Source: Mobula hypostoma
Taxonomy: Eukaryota
Assembly: GCF_963921235.1 (NCBI RefSeq)
Contig: NC_086109.1
Location: 25,050,001-25,114,000 of the forward strand
Reading direction: 5' to 3'
DNA length: 64,000 nt
Shown here piece by piece: positions 13,880 to 24,560 of the stretch. The notes under the pieces were generated by a model, which saw only the letters and a list, made by a program, of their open reading frames with translations, did no database searches and had not been told where the DNA came from. A program made the position numbers and the translations under genes. Within the stretch, counting starts at the first letter, position 1. Each line of letters starts with the position of its first letter.

Positions 13880-14422
13880 AAGAGGTATACAGGGAGGTAT
13901 TATCAAACATAGGTTGGGCAAACGTACACAGAGGAATATTATCAAACAGGGTAGGCATGAGATATACAGGGAGATATTATTGAACAGGGATGGACACGAG
14001 GTATACAGAGAGATATTATCAAACATAGGCTGGAGATGAGGTATACAGGGAGATATTATCAGACACAGGGTGGACATGAGGTATACAGGGAGACATTATC
14101 AAACAGGGAGTGGACATGAGGTATACAGAGAGGTATCATCAGACATAGGTTGGACATGAGGTATACAGGGAGATATTATCGAACAGAGAGTGGACATGAG
14201 GTATACAGGGAGATATTATCGGACATAGGGGGGATATGAGGTATACAGAGAGATATTATCGGACATAGGATGGACATGAGGTATTCAGGGAGGTATTATC
14301 AAACAGGGTTATACATGACGTATGCAGAGAGATATTATCAAACAGGAGTAGACATGAGGTATACAGGGAGATATTATCGAACATAGGCTGGAGATGAGGT
14401 ATATGGGGAGATATTATCAAAC
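13880..14422. repeat. Minisatellite, 40-bp unit, about 13 copies
   Basis: tggacatgag recurs at 14071, 14111, 14151, 14191 and 14271. Consensus TGGACATGAGGTATACAGGGAGATATTATCRRACAKRGRN. Confidence 0.95.
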
Positions 14423-15049
14423 CAAGTAAAATATTACCAGACACGGGGTGGGCATGTGGTTTATGGGAAGATGTTATGAGGTACAGATGGAGCTACAAGG
14501 TCAACCATGTTGCTTGTGCACTCAAGACCAGGTTCCCAAAACAGACATTCTAGTTTGGGCTCTGACAAATGAAGATATTGCCAGGAAAACAGAGGAAATG
14601 ATTCAAGGTGAGCAAAGTGTCCATGAACAAATACAGCAACTCCAGTGATTCCTTGGGAACAACTGGAAATGGAGAAGGAGAATTCAGGGATAGCACCAAG
14701 TACCAGGAGGTCACGACTAGAGTCGACCTAAGCAGCAGAAAGAATAGACCAGCTCTCAAACCGCCCACCACACCCCCACCCCTACGTCAATTCCATATTG
14801 CCCCATCCATGGGAGAGTCTTGGGTCCCCTCAATCATCAGCTACCTCAGAAGCCCGCAAAACGCCACCCGGAAAGGAAGGTGATATACTTCGAGGTGGAC
14901 CGAGATTTGAGTGGGTGCAGGAAGATTCCGAGGAAGGGGAGGAGCTAAAAGATGCAAGGGCAGAGGCGAGACACGTCTTGAAGGTGAGCCAGCGGTTAAA
15001 TAATTAAAACTTACACATTCATGTGTAACTTTTTGTTAAATATTGGCTG

Positions 15050-16300
15050 TAGGGAGGAGTGGTAGAGACAGGCAGCAGGTGAGAATCATCTTCAAACGCA
15101 CAGGGTCGATGTCAGGAGCTGGTCAGTGTAGACCTGAGTCAGATCTGGCGTTGACACCGCACTGGCGGCGTTAGAAAGCGATGGCCAAAACTGCAGATTA
15201 GGTTTTGATATTGTTTAAAGCGTCAGTCACATGCTCACAGGGCCATGTCTCCATACAAAGCCGTCCTTGTGGTGCCCAGCGCCTGAAGAGGATTAGACGT
15301 GAGCCGCTCTCCGCTCTCCCGGCACGCGGTGCATAGTACACGGTAGGTTCTTGAAGATCGTCCGCTCGCTCTGTGAGATCACAAACTGAATGGATATAAT
15401 TGGCAAACTGAATGCGTATATGTACAGGGTGAAAAAGTTCTACTGTTGTGCTGGGTAGAGGTGTGTTTTTGGATCTCCGATATTTGTGAATGAATCAGCG
15501 ATGAGCGCACAGCGGACAGGGGAAGCGAGCGTGTAAACTCTGTGTCTGCCTAATACGTGGAAGAACTTGCAATATCATTCAAGAACCACTGAACGCAGGA
15601 GACGGAAGAACTGTTTTTTTTTAAAAAAGGTAGTGAAGCTATTTTTTTTTGTCTGTGGGTCGCTTTGTCCAATTTTGATTTCAGCCCTCAATGAGGCCAA
15701 CTTTTAACTGCTAAACGGGTGCTTTCCGTTTGCAAAAGACATGTCGGCCAGTCCAGATTAACAATCTGCTGGATAACTTTAGGGGGTCCAGTGGTGTCTG
15801 TGGATGTTTCGGATCGAACCCCTGCATCAGGTGTGGGGTAGATGGTCGGAGGTCGCTCCTTGGTTACATCACGTCAATTAGCGTGTTTCAGTTTGTCATG
15901 GTAAAGTGTAGACCATTGTATCGGGGTGGCGTTTGTGTCAAAGCGAAGAGTGTGAAGAGAGTGTTCAAACTCCTTCCAGCTTCCCCATAAGAGAGAGGGG
16001 AAAAATTAACACGCGCTAAAATGCAGGGACTTCTTGCCTGAGTAATGGATTTCCAGTAATTTTCCTCGTTGTCCCCTGATGAGGAAAGGACGTGTGGGTA
16101 CGGACTAAAACTCTACCCCGACTGACCCATCAAACTTCTCTCCTCCCCCGCACCCCCCCCCCCCCGAAATCCAGTTGTCCATTCACTGGAGTTTTTAATT
16201 TCCATGTTTAAAAATAACTTTAAAGGCAGTCAGGAAAACTTCAATTTAAACGGTATCTCCGATGCCCAAACGCAGGTACACGGTCCCATCAAAAGCTCCA
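15050..16300 (+). promoter_or_regulatory. CpG-enriched unique region; candidate promoter and non-coding first exon of the SLC16A4-like gene
   Basis: CpG is visibly denser than in the CpG-depleted remainder and no recognisable TE is present. Candidate donors are ACG|GTAGGT (15342/15343) and CAG|GTGAGA (15078/15079). The link to the 51.7-kb exon is inference. Confidence 0.55.
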
Positions 16301-17789
16301 CAGCAGGTGTTAATTGAAGGGTAAAGGCTTTGCCATGGGGAACGTTTCTGAGGGAGAGGTAAATAGGAGAGGAAATCAGTGTCTTAGCTCGTCCTATCCC
16401 GAGTGCAGATGAGTCACAGTGTTTAAATAAATCACTTCATCCTGAAAGGAATTCTAAAATATTCTCAAACAGGTTAGAAATTGAGTCCACACATTTGCAG
16501 TCCTGCAAAGGGATTTGTTAGTTTTTAAATTGAGGCAATGCAGATTCACCAGATTTATCTCTGTATTGCATACAGAGGCTGGTTAGTTACCTACTAGAGA
16601 TTAAAACAACTGAGATTTGCATATAATATATGAAATTTATAATAACAAGAGCACTCTTGGCAAAATATACTCTGAAAGAAAATGAAAGAATCTTAACAGA
16701 GTGGGTTTGAAAATAATGTTTTATTTTGTGAAATGGCTCCAGAGACCAAAGGACATAGTTCAATTCTTCATCCTTAAGTCCATTTGAAAGATGAAAATGT
16801 ACTACTATAAGGTTGTCTTCTCCTGCAGGAACCTGGAACTAGGAAGCATAGAGTCAGTATAAGGATCCGGTCATTTAAGACCAGGATAAGATGTACATTC
16901 TTCAAACAGATAGTTGTAAGTCTTTAACTGAGAAGGATATGGAGTTTCATTTTTTGAGTATAATCAAGACTGAGGTCAGTGGATTCGGAATGTCTTTTGA
17001 AGTGCTTTACAAGTGCTGTTGCCACAATTTTGTGGTAATCATAATCATAATTGGTGGCAGATAATTCTGCACAAGAAAATGCCATCTACACTCCACCAAG
17101 GGATGGGATTGCAAAGATATTGTCCTTCTGGTTTGTTCAGTTAATTCATAAGCACCTTTTTAATTGCAAGCAGTTGTAAGGAGTGATGATTGCATTCCCT
17201 CCACCTCACAATATTAAGGGACATTTTTCCAGAGTCCAGAGCTTACCTTTTTTGTTGTCAAGTACTGAGTAACCAAGCAGAAATTCTGCAGTTCAAGCAT
17301 CAAGGGTGGTCTTTCCAAATTCAATAATAATAAATTCTCCACATCTTTATTGTGTACTTATGTTCACCTGGGGAAAAGTGGAGCTAAAAGTAGCCTCATT
17401 AGTTAATAAAATGTCTTATAAATAATAAACCTCATATCCTTCCTACAAATCACTTTCAATGTGATGAAACATATTTTCACTGAATCCACTCTTCCCTTAG
17501 TTTAACTGTTTTGCTTTCAATCACAAATGGAAAGAGATTTGGTGCGCTCAGTTTCATTCAAAATATCTCAGTGTTTTGGCAATAGTTGGTAATCTGGTTT
17601 AGTGCAAGCTTGTTGATATTATTTATTAAAGATGTAACTATGTTTTTTTTCTTTGGAGTCAGTAGAAGAAAAAAGTTGCTCTTAAGCAATGCTTTTAACA
17701 TCTCCTCAATATATCCAAAGCACCTCATTGCTTGGGTAACTTTGCAGGAAATTCAGCAATCAGTTTACACACAGGTTCCACAAAAGGGA

Positions 17790-18495
17790 TGCAAAGGGGA
17801 TTGGGAGTCCTCGTGCAGGATTCTCAAAAAGTTAATTTGCAGGTTGAGTCGGAGGTAAGGAAGACAAATGCAATGTTAACATTCATTTTGAGAGGATTAT
17901 AATATAAAAAGCAAGGATGGAATGATGAGACTTTATAAGACATTGGTGTAAGACCACATTTGGAGTACTGTGAGCAGTTTACAGCCCCAATATCTAAGAA
18001 AGGATGTGCTGGTATTGGAGTGTTTCTAGAGGAGGCTTACAAGAAAGATCCCAGGAATGAAAGGGTTAACATATGAGGAGAATTTGATGGATCTGGGCCT
18101 GTACTTGGTGGAATTTAGATGAATGAAGTTGACGGATCTCATTAAAATCTATCAAATATTGAACTGCCCAGAGAGCGTAGTCATGGCAAGGATGTTTGCA
18201 ATAGTGGGAGAGTCTTGGACATAAAGGCAAGGCCTTAGAATAGAAGGATGTCCCTTTAGAACAGAGATAAGAAGAATTTCTTGAGCCAGAAGTTGCTGAA
18301 TCTGTGGAATTCATTGCCACAGATGGTAAGTCATTAAGTAAATTTAAAACAGAGATTGATAGGTTCTTCATTAGTAAGGGTTTCAAATGTTATGGGAGGA
18401 AGGCAGGAGAATGGGGCTGAGAGGGAAAATAAAATCAATTATGATCACTTGACTCAGTGGGCCAAATGGCCTAGTTCCTCTCCTATATCTTAACG
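17790..18495 (+). mobile_element. CR1 LINE 3' fragment, decayed
   Basis: RPHLEYCEQF..LRKDVLVLE-like coding remnant, with a CR1 3' UTR containing gggccaaatggcct. Confidence 0.8.
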
Positions 18496-18939
18496 TCTAT
18501 TTACTAAAGGGTTCAAGAAATCTGGTAATCAGTTGGAAAGGTGATTTACAATTGGCAATGTTATATTGAGTGTTGGGAAACACATGTACTCCTGACTTTT
18601 GAGTTCTTATTGTTTCAATTCCCTTTTCATTTTCACTCACCCCTAATTTACTAATCTCTTCCAGGCTTAGAGCCCACTGAGTTATCTATAGAAGTCTAAT
18701 CTGGCTTTTAATCTTCCCAAATTTAATCACCACTATTTTGAGATGGAGTTCCAGCTTCCAAAGTCCAAAGCTAAGAAATTTACTTTCTATATACCTCTAT
18801 CTCTATGCTCCTTAAAACTGATCAAGCATATGATCATCTGCCCTAACATCTCCTCAGGTAGTTTGGTTTCAGTATTTTTGATGATATCCCTATAAGTCTT
18901 TCTGAGATATTTTTATTATGCTGATAGAGACATCGGGTC

Positions 18940-19483
18940 CATAAGACCATAAGACAAAGGAGCAGAAGTCAGCCATTCGGCCCATCGAGTCTGCTCCGCC
19001 ATTGTATCATGAGCTGATCCATTCTCCCATTTAGTCCCACTTCCCCACCTTCTCACCATAACCTTTGATGCCCTGGCTCCTCAGCTACCTATCAATCTCT
19101 GCCTTAAATACACCCAATGACTTGGCCTCCACTGCCACCTGTGGCAACAAATTCCATAGATTCACCACCCTCTGGCTAAAAAAATTTCTTCGCATCTCTG
19201 ATCTGAATGGGTACCCTTCAATCCTTAAGTCATGCCCTCTCATATTAGACTCCCCCATCATGGGAAACAACTTTGCCACATCCACTCTGTCCATGCCTTT
19301 CAACATTCGAAATGTTTCTATGAGGTCCCCCCTCATTCTTCTAAACTCCAAGGAATACAGTCCAAGAGCGGTCAAATGTTCCTCATATGTTAACCCTCTC
19401 ATTCCTGGAATCATTCTAGCGAATCTTCTCTGTACCCTCTCCAACGTCAGCACATCCTTTCTTAAATAAGGAGATCAAAACTG
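18940..19483 (-). mobile_element. CR1 LINE 3' fragment, relatively young
   Basis: ORF 19085-19453 gives LERVQRRFARMIPGMRGLTYEE..RRMRGDLIETF..RNFFSQRVVNLWNLLP. (CTTATGGT)n tail at 18940-18955. Confidence 0.9.
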
Positions 19484-19755
19484 GTCATGGAACAATAAAG
19501 CATGGATCCAGACACTTGGGCCCAACAAGTCCATGCTAATCATGGTGCCCGATAAATTAGTCCCAAATTCCTGCATTTGGTCCATTTTCCTTTAGGTCCT
19601 TCCCTGCCACATTCCTATCGAAGTGCTTCTTAAATGATACTATTGTACCTGCCTCAACCATTTCCTCTGACAGACTATTCCATATACTCACCACCCTTTG
19701 CATGGAAAAAGTTGCCCCTCATGTCCCTTTTAAATCTTTTCCCTGTCACCTTAAC

Positions 19756-20830
19756 ATCAGTAAGATAAAGGAGATTGTGAAGGAGTTTAGGAAGACTAAA
19801 CCTACACTGCTCTTCGTTACTATTGATGGTGAGGACGTGGACAAGGTGAGGACCTACAAGTACCTGGGAGTGAACCTGGATGACCAATTTGAGTGGAGCC
19901 ACCAACACATAGGTTGTGTACAAGAAGGGCCAGAGATGCCTGTACCTCCTGAGGAGACTTAGGTTTTTGGAGTATGCAGGCCTCTCCTTCACATGTTCCA
20001 CCAGTCTGCTGTCGCCAGTACAATCTTCTAGGTGGTGATGTGCTGGGGCAATGGCATCAACATGGGTGATGCCAACAGGCTCAATAAGCTGATTAGAAAG
20101 GCTGACTCTGCTATAGGAGTCAAACTGGACAAACTGGAGGCTGCGGTAGAACAGAGATGATGAGAGGCATTGATCATGTGGATAGTCAGAGGCTTTTTCC
20201 CAGGGCTTAAATGGCTGCCACAAGAAGGCACAGGTTTAAGGTGCTTGGGAGTAGGTACAGAGGAGATGTCAGGGGTAAGTTTTTTACACAGAGAGTGGTG
20301 AGTGCATGGAATGGGCTGCTGGCAACGGTGCTGGAGGCGGATACGATAGGGTCTTTTAAGAGACTTTTGGATAGGTACACGGACTTTAGAAAAATAGAGG
20401 GCTATGGGTAACCCTAGTAATTTCTAAGGTAGGGATGTGTTCGGCACAACTTTGTGGGCCGAAGGGCCTGTATTGTGTTGTAGGTTTTCTATGTTTCTAT
20501 GTTTCTAAAGGATCCTATGGAAAATCTTGGCAATTCTGGGCAATGTTTCTCACCCTCTGTATGCCACCTTGGCTGAACAGAGGAGCACTTTTAGTAATAG
20601 ACTAAGACAACTGTGCTGCTCCAAAGAGCGCTATATGAGGTCATTCTTACCCTCGGCCATTAGGCTCTATAATGAGTCAACCTATAGCCAGGGAAGTGAT
20701 GATCCCTCCTGTTAGATTGTTTGAGGTAACTTATTTTTATTCTTTCTTACTTCTCTTCTAATATTTGTATGTTTGTTTATCTGTGACAATGTAATTTCCT
20801 TTCGGATGAATAAAGTATCTGCCTATCTAT
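19756..20830 (+). mobile_element. Rex1/Babar LINE 3' fragment, itself interrupted by CR1 at ~20153-20507
   Basis: LNISKIKEIVKEFRK..YKYLGVNLDD before the insert and HPLYATL..RLRQLCCSKERYMRSFLPSAIRLYN after it. Tail aataaagtatctgcctatctat. Confidence 0.8.
20153..20507 (+). mobile_element. Short CR1 3' end
   Basis: TRRHRFKVLGSRYRGDVRGKFFTQRVVSAWNGL, with a (TTTCTATG)n tail. Highly similar to 38310-38590. Confidence 0.9.
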
Positions 20831-21653
20831 CTTAACTCTATGACCCTGTGCTTTGAAAGTCCCCCTACCCTGGAGACCCATCCGTATTATCTATGCCTCT
20901 CATAATTTTAAACATTTCTTTAAGATCACCCCTTACTTTCCAACATTTCAAAGAATAAAGACCTCACCAGTCCAACCTCTCAATATGACCCAGGCCGTCT
21001 TAAATCTTTTCAGCACTCCTTCCAGTTTAACTACATCCCTCTTATAACAGGATGAACAAAGCTATATACACAGTACACAAAGTACAGCCTCATCAATGAC
21101 TTATACTGTATAATTGCAATATATATAGTCCCAAATCCTATAGTCAGTGCCGTAACTAATGAAGGCCAGCATGCTGAATGCCTTCTTCATCACCCTGTCT
21201 ACCTGTGATGTTGTGCTCACTGAATTATGCACTTGTACTTGAAAGTCCTCTGGCCCATTACATTCCCTAGTGTATCACTATTCATAGTATAAGTTCTGCA
21301 CAGGTTTGACTTGCCAAAGTGCATCACCCCATACCAATCTGTATTGAAATCTATTTGCCACTCCTTGGCTCACTCCCTAACTAATCAAAATCCCCTGTAA
21401 TCTGTGATCATCCTCAAATTTACTTATCAAGTTTTATGCATTTACATCCAAATCATGAATGCAATTAATGAATAACAAGGGCTCAGACACTGAGAAACAA
21501 CCTTCAACCAACCCCCCACTTCCTACCTCTGAGCCAATTTTGAATCCACCTTACTAGCTCTTCCTGGATTCCATGGTGATTCCATAAATTCAATGTTGCC
21601 ATTGTTGAACATCTTCTCCTTTTGTGTCACTTTAGCTTCTGCCTTCTCTGTTG

Positions 21654-21880
21654 TGTTGGGCACGTGGCCAAGTGGTTAAGGCAATCGTCTAGTGATTTGA
21701 AGGTCACTAGTTCGAGCCTCAGCTGTGGCAGCGTGTTTGTGTCCTTGAGCAAGGCACTTAATCACACCTTGCTCTAGTCTGTGCGAGGAGTGGCGTCCCA
21801 CACAGACTTCCAACCTGCGCCTTGTAAGGCATGAAAATGCCCGACGCAGGCCTCTCGTGGTCTGAGTCGACGTTCCCTCC
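21654..21880 (+). mobile_element. tRNA-derived SINE with CORE-like domain, full length, 12-bp TSD
   Basis: A box TGGCCAAGTGG 21665-21675, B box GTTCGAGCC 21710-21718, CORE-like gtgtccttgagcaaggcacttaa. TSD ccttctctgttg at 21642-21653 and 21881-21892. Confidence 0.9.
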
Positions 21881-22069
21881 CCTTCTCTGTTGACCATCTT
21901 CCATATCGATTAGGTGAAATTGTACTTATTAATGGGGATCCAACTTGCAATATCTTGTCTGTTTTGCTATACTGTTGATAGAGGAGAATGACATTAGCAT
22001 CTGCAGTAGTTCTGCTCCATGGGACAACTCTTGCAAGAACTACATTGAGCAGTTTGGAATAAATTCATC

Positions 22070-22740
22070 AGCTACATTTCCACAGCCCTCCAGCAGAGAA
22101 TTCCAAAAATTCCCACTTCCTTGATGAAGAAATTTCTCCTCATCTCAATCCTAAATGCTAAGATATGACTCTTGATTTTAGACTCATTAGCCAGTGAAAC
22201 ATCCTTACTGTTCAGCTTGTCTAATTTCATAAGGAACATTTAAGTTTCAATGAGGTATCCTTTCATTCCTCTAGAAAACAAGCTGATTCCATTCAATCTA
22301 TCCTCATAAGTTATCCCTAGAACCAGCTAGCAAATCTTTACAGCATTCCCTCCACGGCAGGTATAGACTTGCTTAGATAAGCATACAATAGTCTAGGTGC
22401 AGTGTCACCAGTGCCTTGTACAATTTCAGTAAGTTATCTTTACTGTTGTAAGAGGCAACATATCATTTGCTTTCCCAATTGTTTGCAACAGTTGCTTGTC
22501 AGCTTTCATTGACTTGGGTACAAGGACTACTGAGCCCATATGAACATCAGCATTATGCAATCTCTCCCCATTTACAAAATACTTTGTTTTCCTGGTTTGT
22601 ACTGTCAAGTGGGTAACTTGATATTTCTTCCACATTATCCTGGATCTGCTATATTCTTGCCCTCTCAGCTCGTCTGTATTTCCTTGAACCCTCTTTACAT
22701 GCCTGTCCCCGCTCACAGTGCCCATTTGCTTTGTTGAGCT
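22070..22740 (-). mobile_element. Old CR1 LINE fragment
   Basis: Minus-strand remnant YFVNGERL...KANDML, and aagaaatttctcctcatctc as in the other CR1 copies. Confidence 0.6.
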
Positions 22741-22789
22741 TAGTGAGAGGCGATTAGAAAGGACACTAACAAAGTTGCAAAGTACAGCC

Positions 22790-23290
22790 AAGCAGCATAG
22801 CAGTTAGTGCTATCACTTTACATCACCAGCGATCACTGATCGGTGCTTGATTCCTGCTGCCATCTGTTAAGGAGCTTGTACATTCTCCCTGTGACCTTTT
22901 GGGTTTCATCCAGGTGTCCTGAAGAAGGATCGTGGCCTGAAATGTTGACCGTTTACTCGTTTCTATAGATGACTGCCTGACCTGCTGAGTTCCACGAGCA
23001 TTTTTGTGCGCTGCTTTGGATTTCCAGCATCTGCAGATTTTCTCATGTTTTGTGTGTTGCTTCATCCGAATGTTTCGATTTCCTCCTACATTTTACAGGT
23101 ATACAGTTAGAGTCAGGGTTAGTAGGTTGTGAACGTGCCAGGATAGCACTAGAAACATGGTGACTTGTGGGCACTGTGGGCTGCCCCCGAGCACAATCCT
23201 CGCAGATTTGATTTGACGCAAGTCATGCGTTTCACTGCGCATTTCCATCCTTCAATGTCCATGTAATAAATAAAGCTAACTTCTTTACCT
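22790..23290 (+). mobile_element. V-SINE-like element interrupted by a Penelope terminal repeat (22915-23060)
   Basis: cattctccctgtgacc..gggtttcatccagg resumes as ttcatccgaatgtttcgatttcctcctaca. The insert gtcctgaagaaggatcgtggcctgaaatgttgacc...gatttccagcatctgcag is a degenerate hammerhead-bearing repeat. Confidence 0.7.
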
Positions 23291-23329
23291 TTACTGACAA
23301 CCTGTTTGATCACTGTGCTCAAATGATTG

Positions 23330-24060
23330 CCTTCAGGAAGACAATATGCTTCTTTCAAAGTTGTTGGTCCTCTAGCAGCAATTGACATCCACTGTAGTGT
23401 GTGCCCCTGTGAACAGTCTGAAGAGCACAGAGCCCTGTGCTTTTGAGTTGATGAATGAACTAAACGCATCTAAGTACAGATCTCTCTAAACTTCCTGCTG
23501 AAAGAGTCATTTCAGCAAGATGTAGGCAAGGTCATGGCCCCTGCTGCACCATCAAAGCAGGCTCAAGGAGAAGGTAAGATTCTGAGGATGTTTTCCCACT
23601 GCCGTCCAGCTTACATCTAATTGCCCGCTAGATGACTTCAGTTGCAAGATATTTTGCCAATTAGTATCAACTATCTGATGAGAGGGAAAACCCCAAATGG
23701 ACTCATTCTCTCCACTCTCTTTACAACTTAAAGCTAATTTTACTTCAATCATAATCTGAAGGAATTCCTCCAGAACTCCTTCACTTGGGAATGATAAGAA
23801 AAGGGTTCAAGTGAAGATCAGTTCCACCTGCAAGGGTGTCCCGTGTCCTCCTAGTTAACTGGGTATTGCAACCTTTTGTAGAGGCTCAGCATGTGTGGTA
23901 ATATTTTGTGGGGCTTCCATACACCACCTAAGGCAGCCGTACACAAAAATGGTTGCCTGAGTTATTGCAATATGGGTATAAATCCTGAAGATACATACCC
24001 CACCAGTATTGTTTTTGAATAGCTTCACTAGAAGTTCTGCAGTGTTTTAAAAAGATGGTT
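23330..24060 (-). mobile_element. Possible Tx1 (L1-clade) LINE C-terminal remnant
   Basis: WGFPSHQIVDTNWQNILQLKSSSGQLDVSWTAV resembles the Tx1 ORF2 C-terminal segment (GWFP..TV..IWQN..S..L....DLAW), from recall only. Confidence 0.4.
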
Positions 24061-24074
24061 CACTGTCACCTTCT

Positions 24075-24560
24075 CCAGAGCAAATACAAAAAGAAAGAAA
24101 TAATAATAAATAAATAAGCAATAGATATCAAGAACGTGAGATGAAGAGTCCTTGAAAGTGAGTCCATTGGTTGTGGGGCAAGTGACGGATTGAGGGATAG
24201 TAACTTTCTGTGCCGTGAGAAGAGAGCATATCCCGCATGCTGGGGCAGCGGGTCCCTAATAATGGATGCTGTTTTCCTGCGACAGCATTTCCTGTAGATG
24301 TGCTCAATGTTTGGGAGGACTTTACCTGTGTTGGGCTGGGCTGTATTTAATACTTCTTTTAGGATTTTCCTTTCAATGGCATTGGTGTTTCCATACCAGG
24401 CTGTGATGCAGCCAGTCGATATACTCTCCACTGCACATCTGTAGAAATTTGTCAAAATTTTAGCTGTCCACATACCCCTAAGGAAGCGAAGGTGCTGTCG
24501 TGCTTTCTTCATAATTGCACTTATGTGCTGGGCCCGGGACACGTCCTCTGAAATGATAAC
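24075..24560 (-). mobile_element. Rex1/Babar LINE 3' fragment
   Basis: KKARQHLRFLR..ILTNFYRCAVESISTGCITAWYGN..RKTASIIRDP. Confidence 0.8.

Larger units (their letters stand above)
19490..21580 (-). mobile_element. Old CR1 LINE hosting nested Rex1 and CR1 insertions
   Basis: CR1 3' sequence at 19490-19755 resumes at 20831. cttaac is present on both sides of the insert. Confidence 0.7.

Noticed and set aside
13880..14422. CRISPR-like array (constant ~30-mer plus variable ~10-mer)
   Set aside because: The variable parts are short and related to each other, there are no cas genes and the context is eukaryotic. It is a minisatellite.
14550..15007. Short GC/purine-rich ORFs upstream of the CpG region as a host exon or gag fragment
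   Set aside because: No recognisable motif, stops in all frames and no convincing splice pair.
21654..21730. tRNA gene
   Set aside because: The A/B boxes run on into a SINE body bounded by a TSD. There is no proper acceptor stem or terminator.
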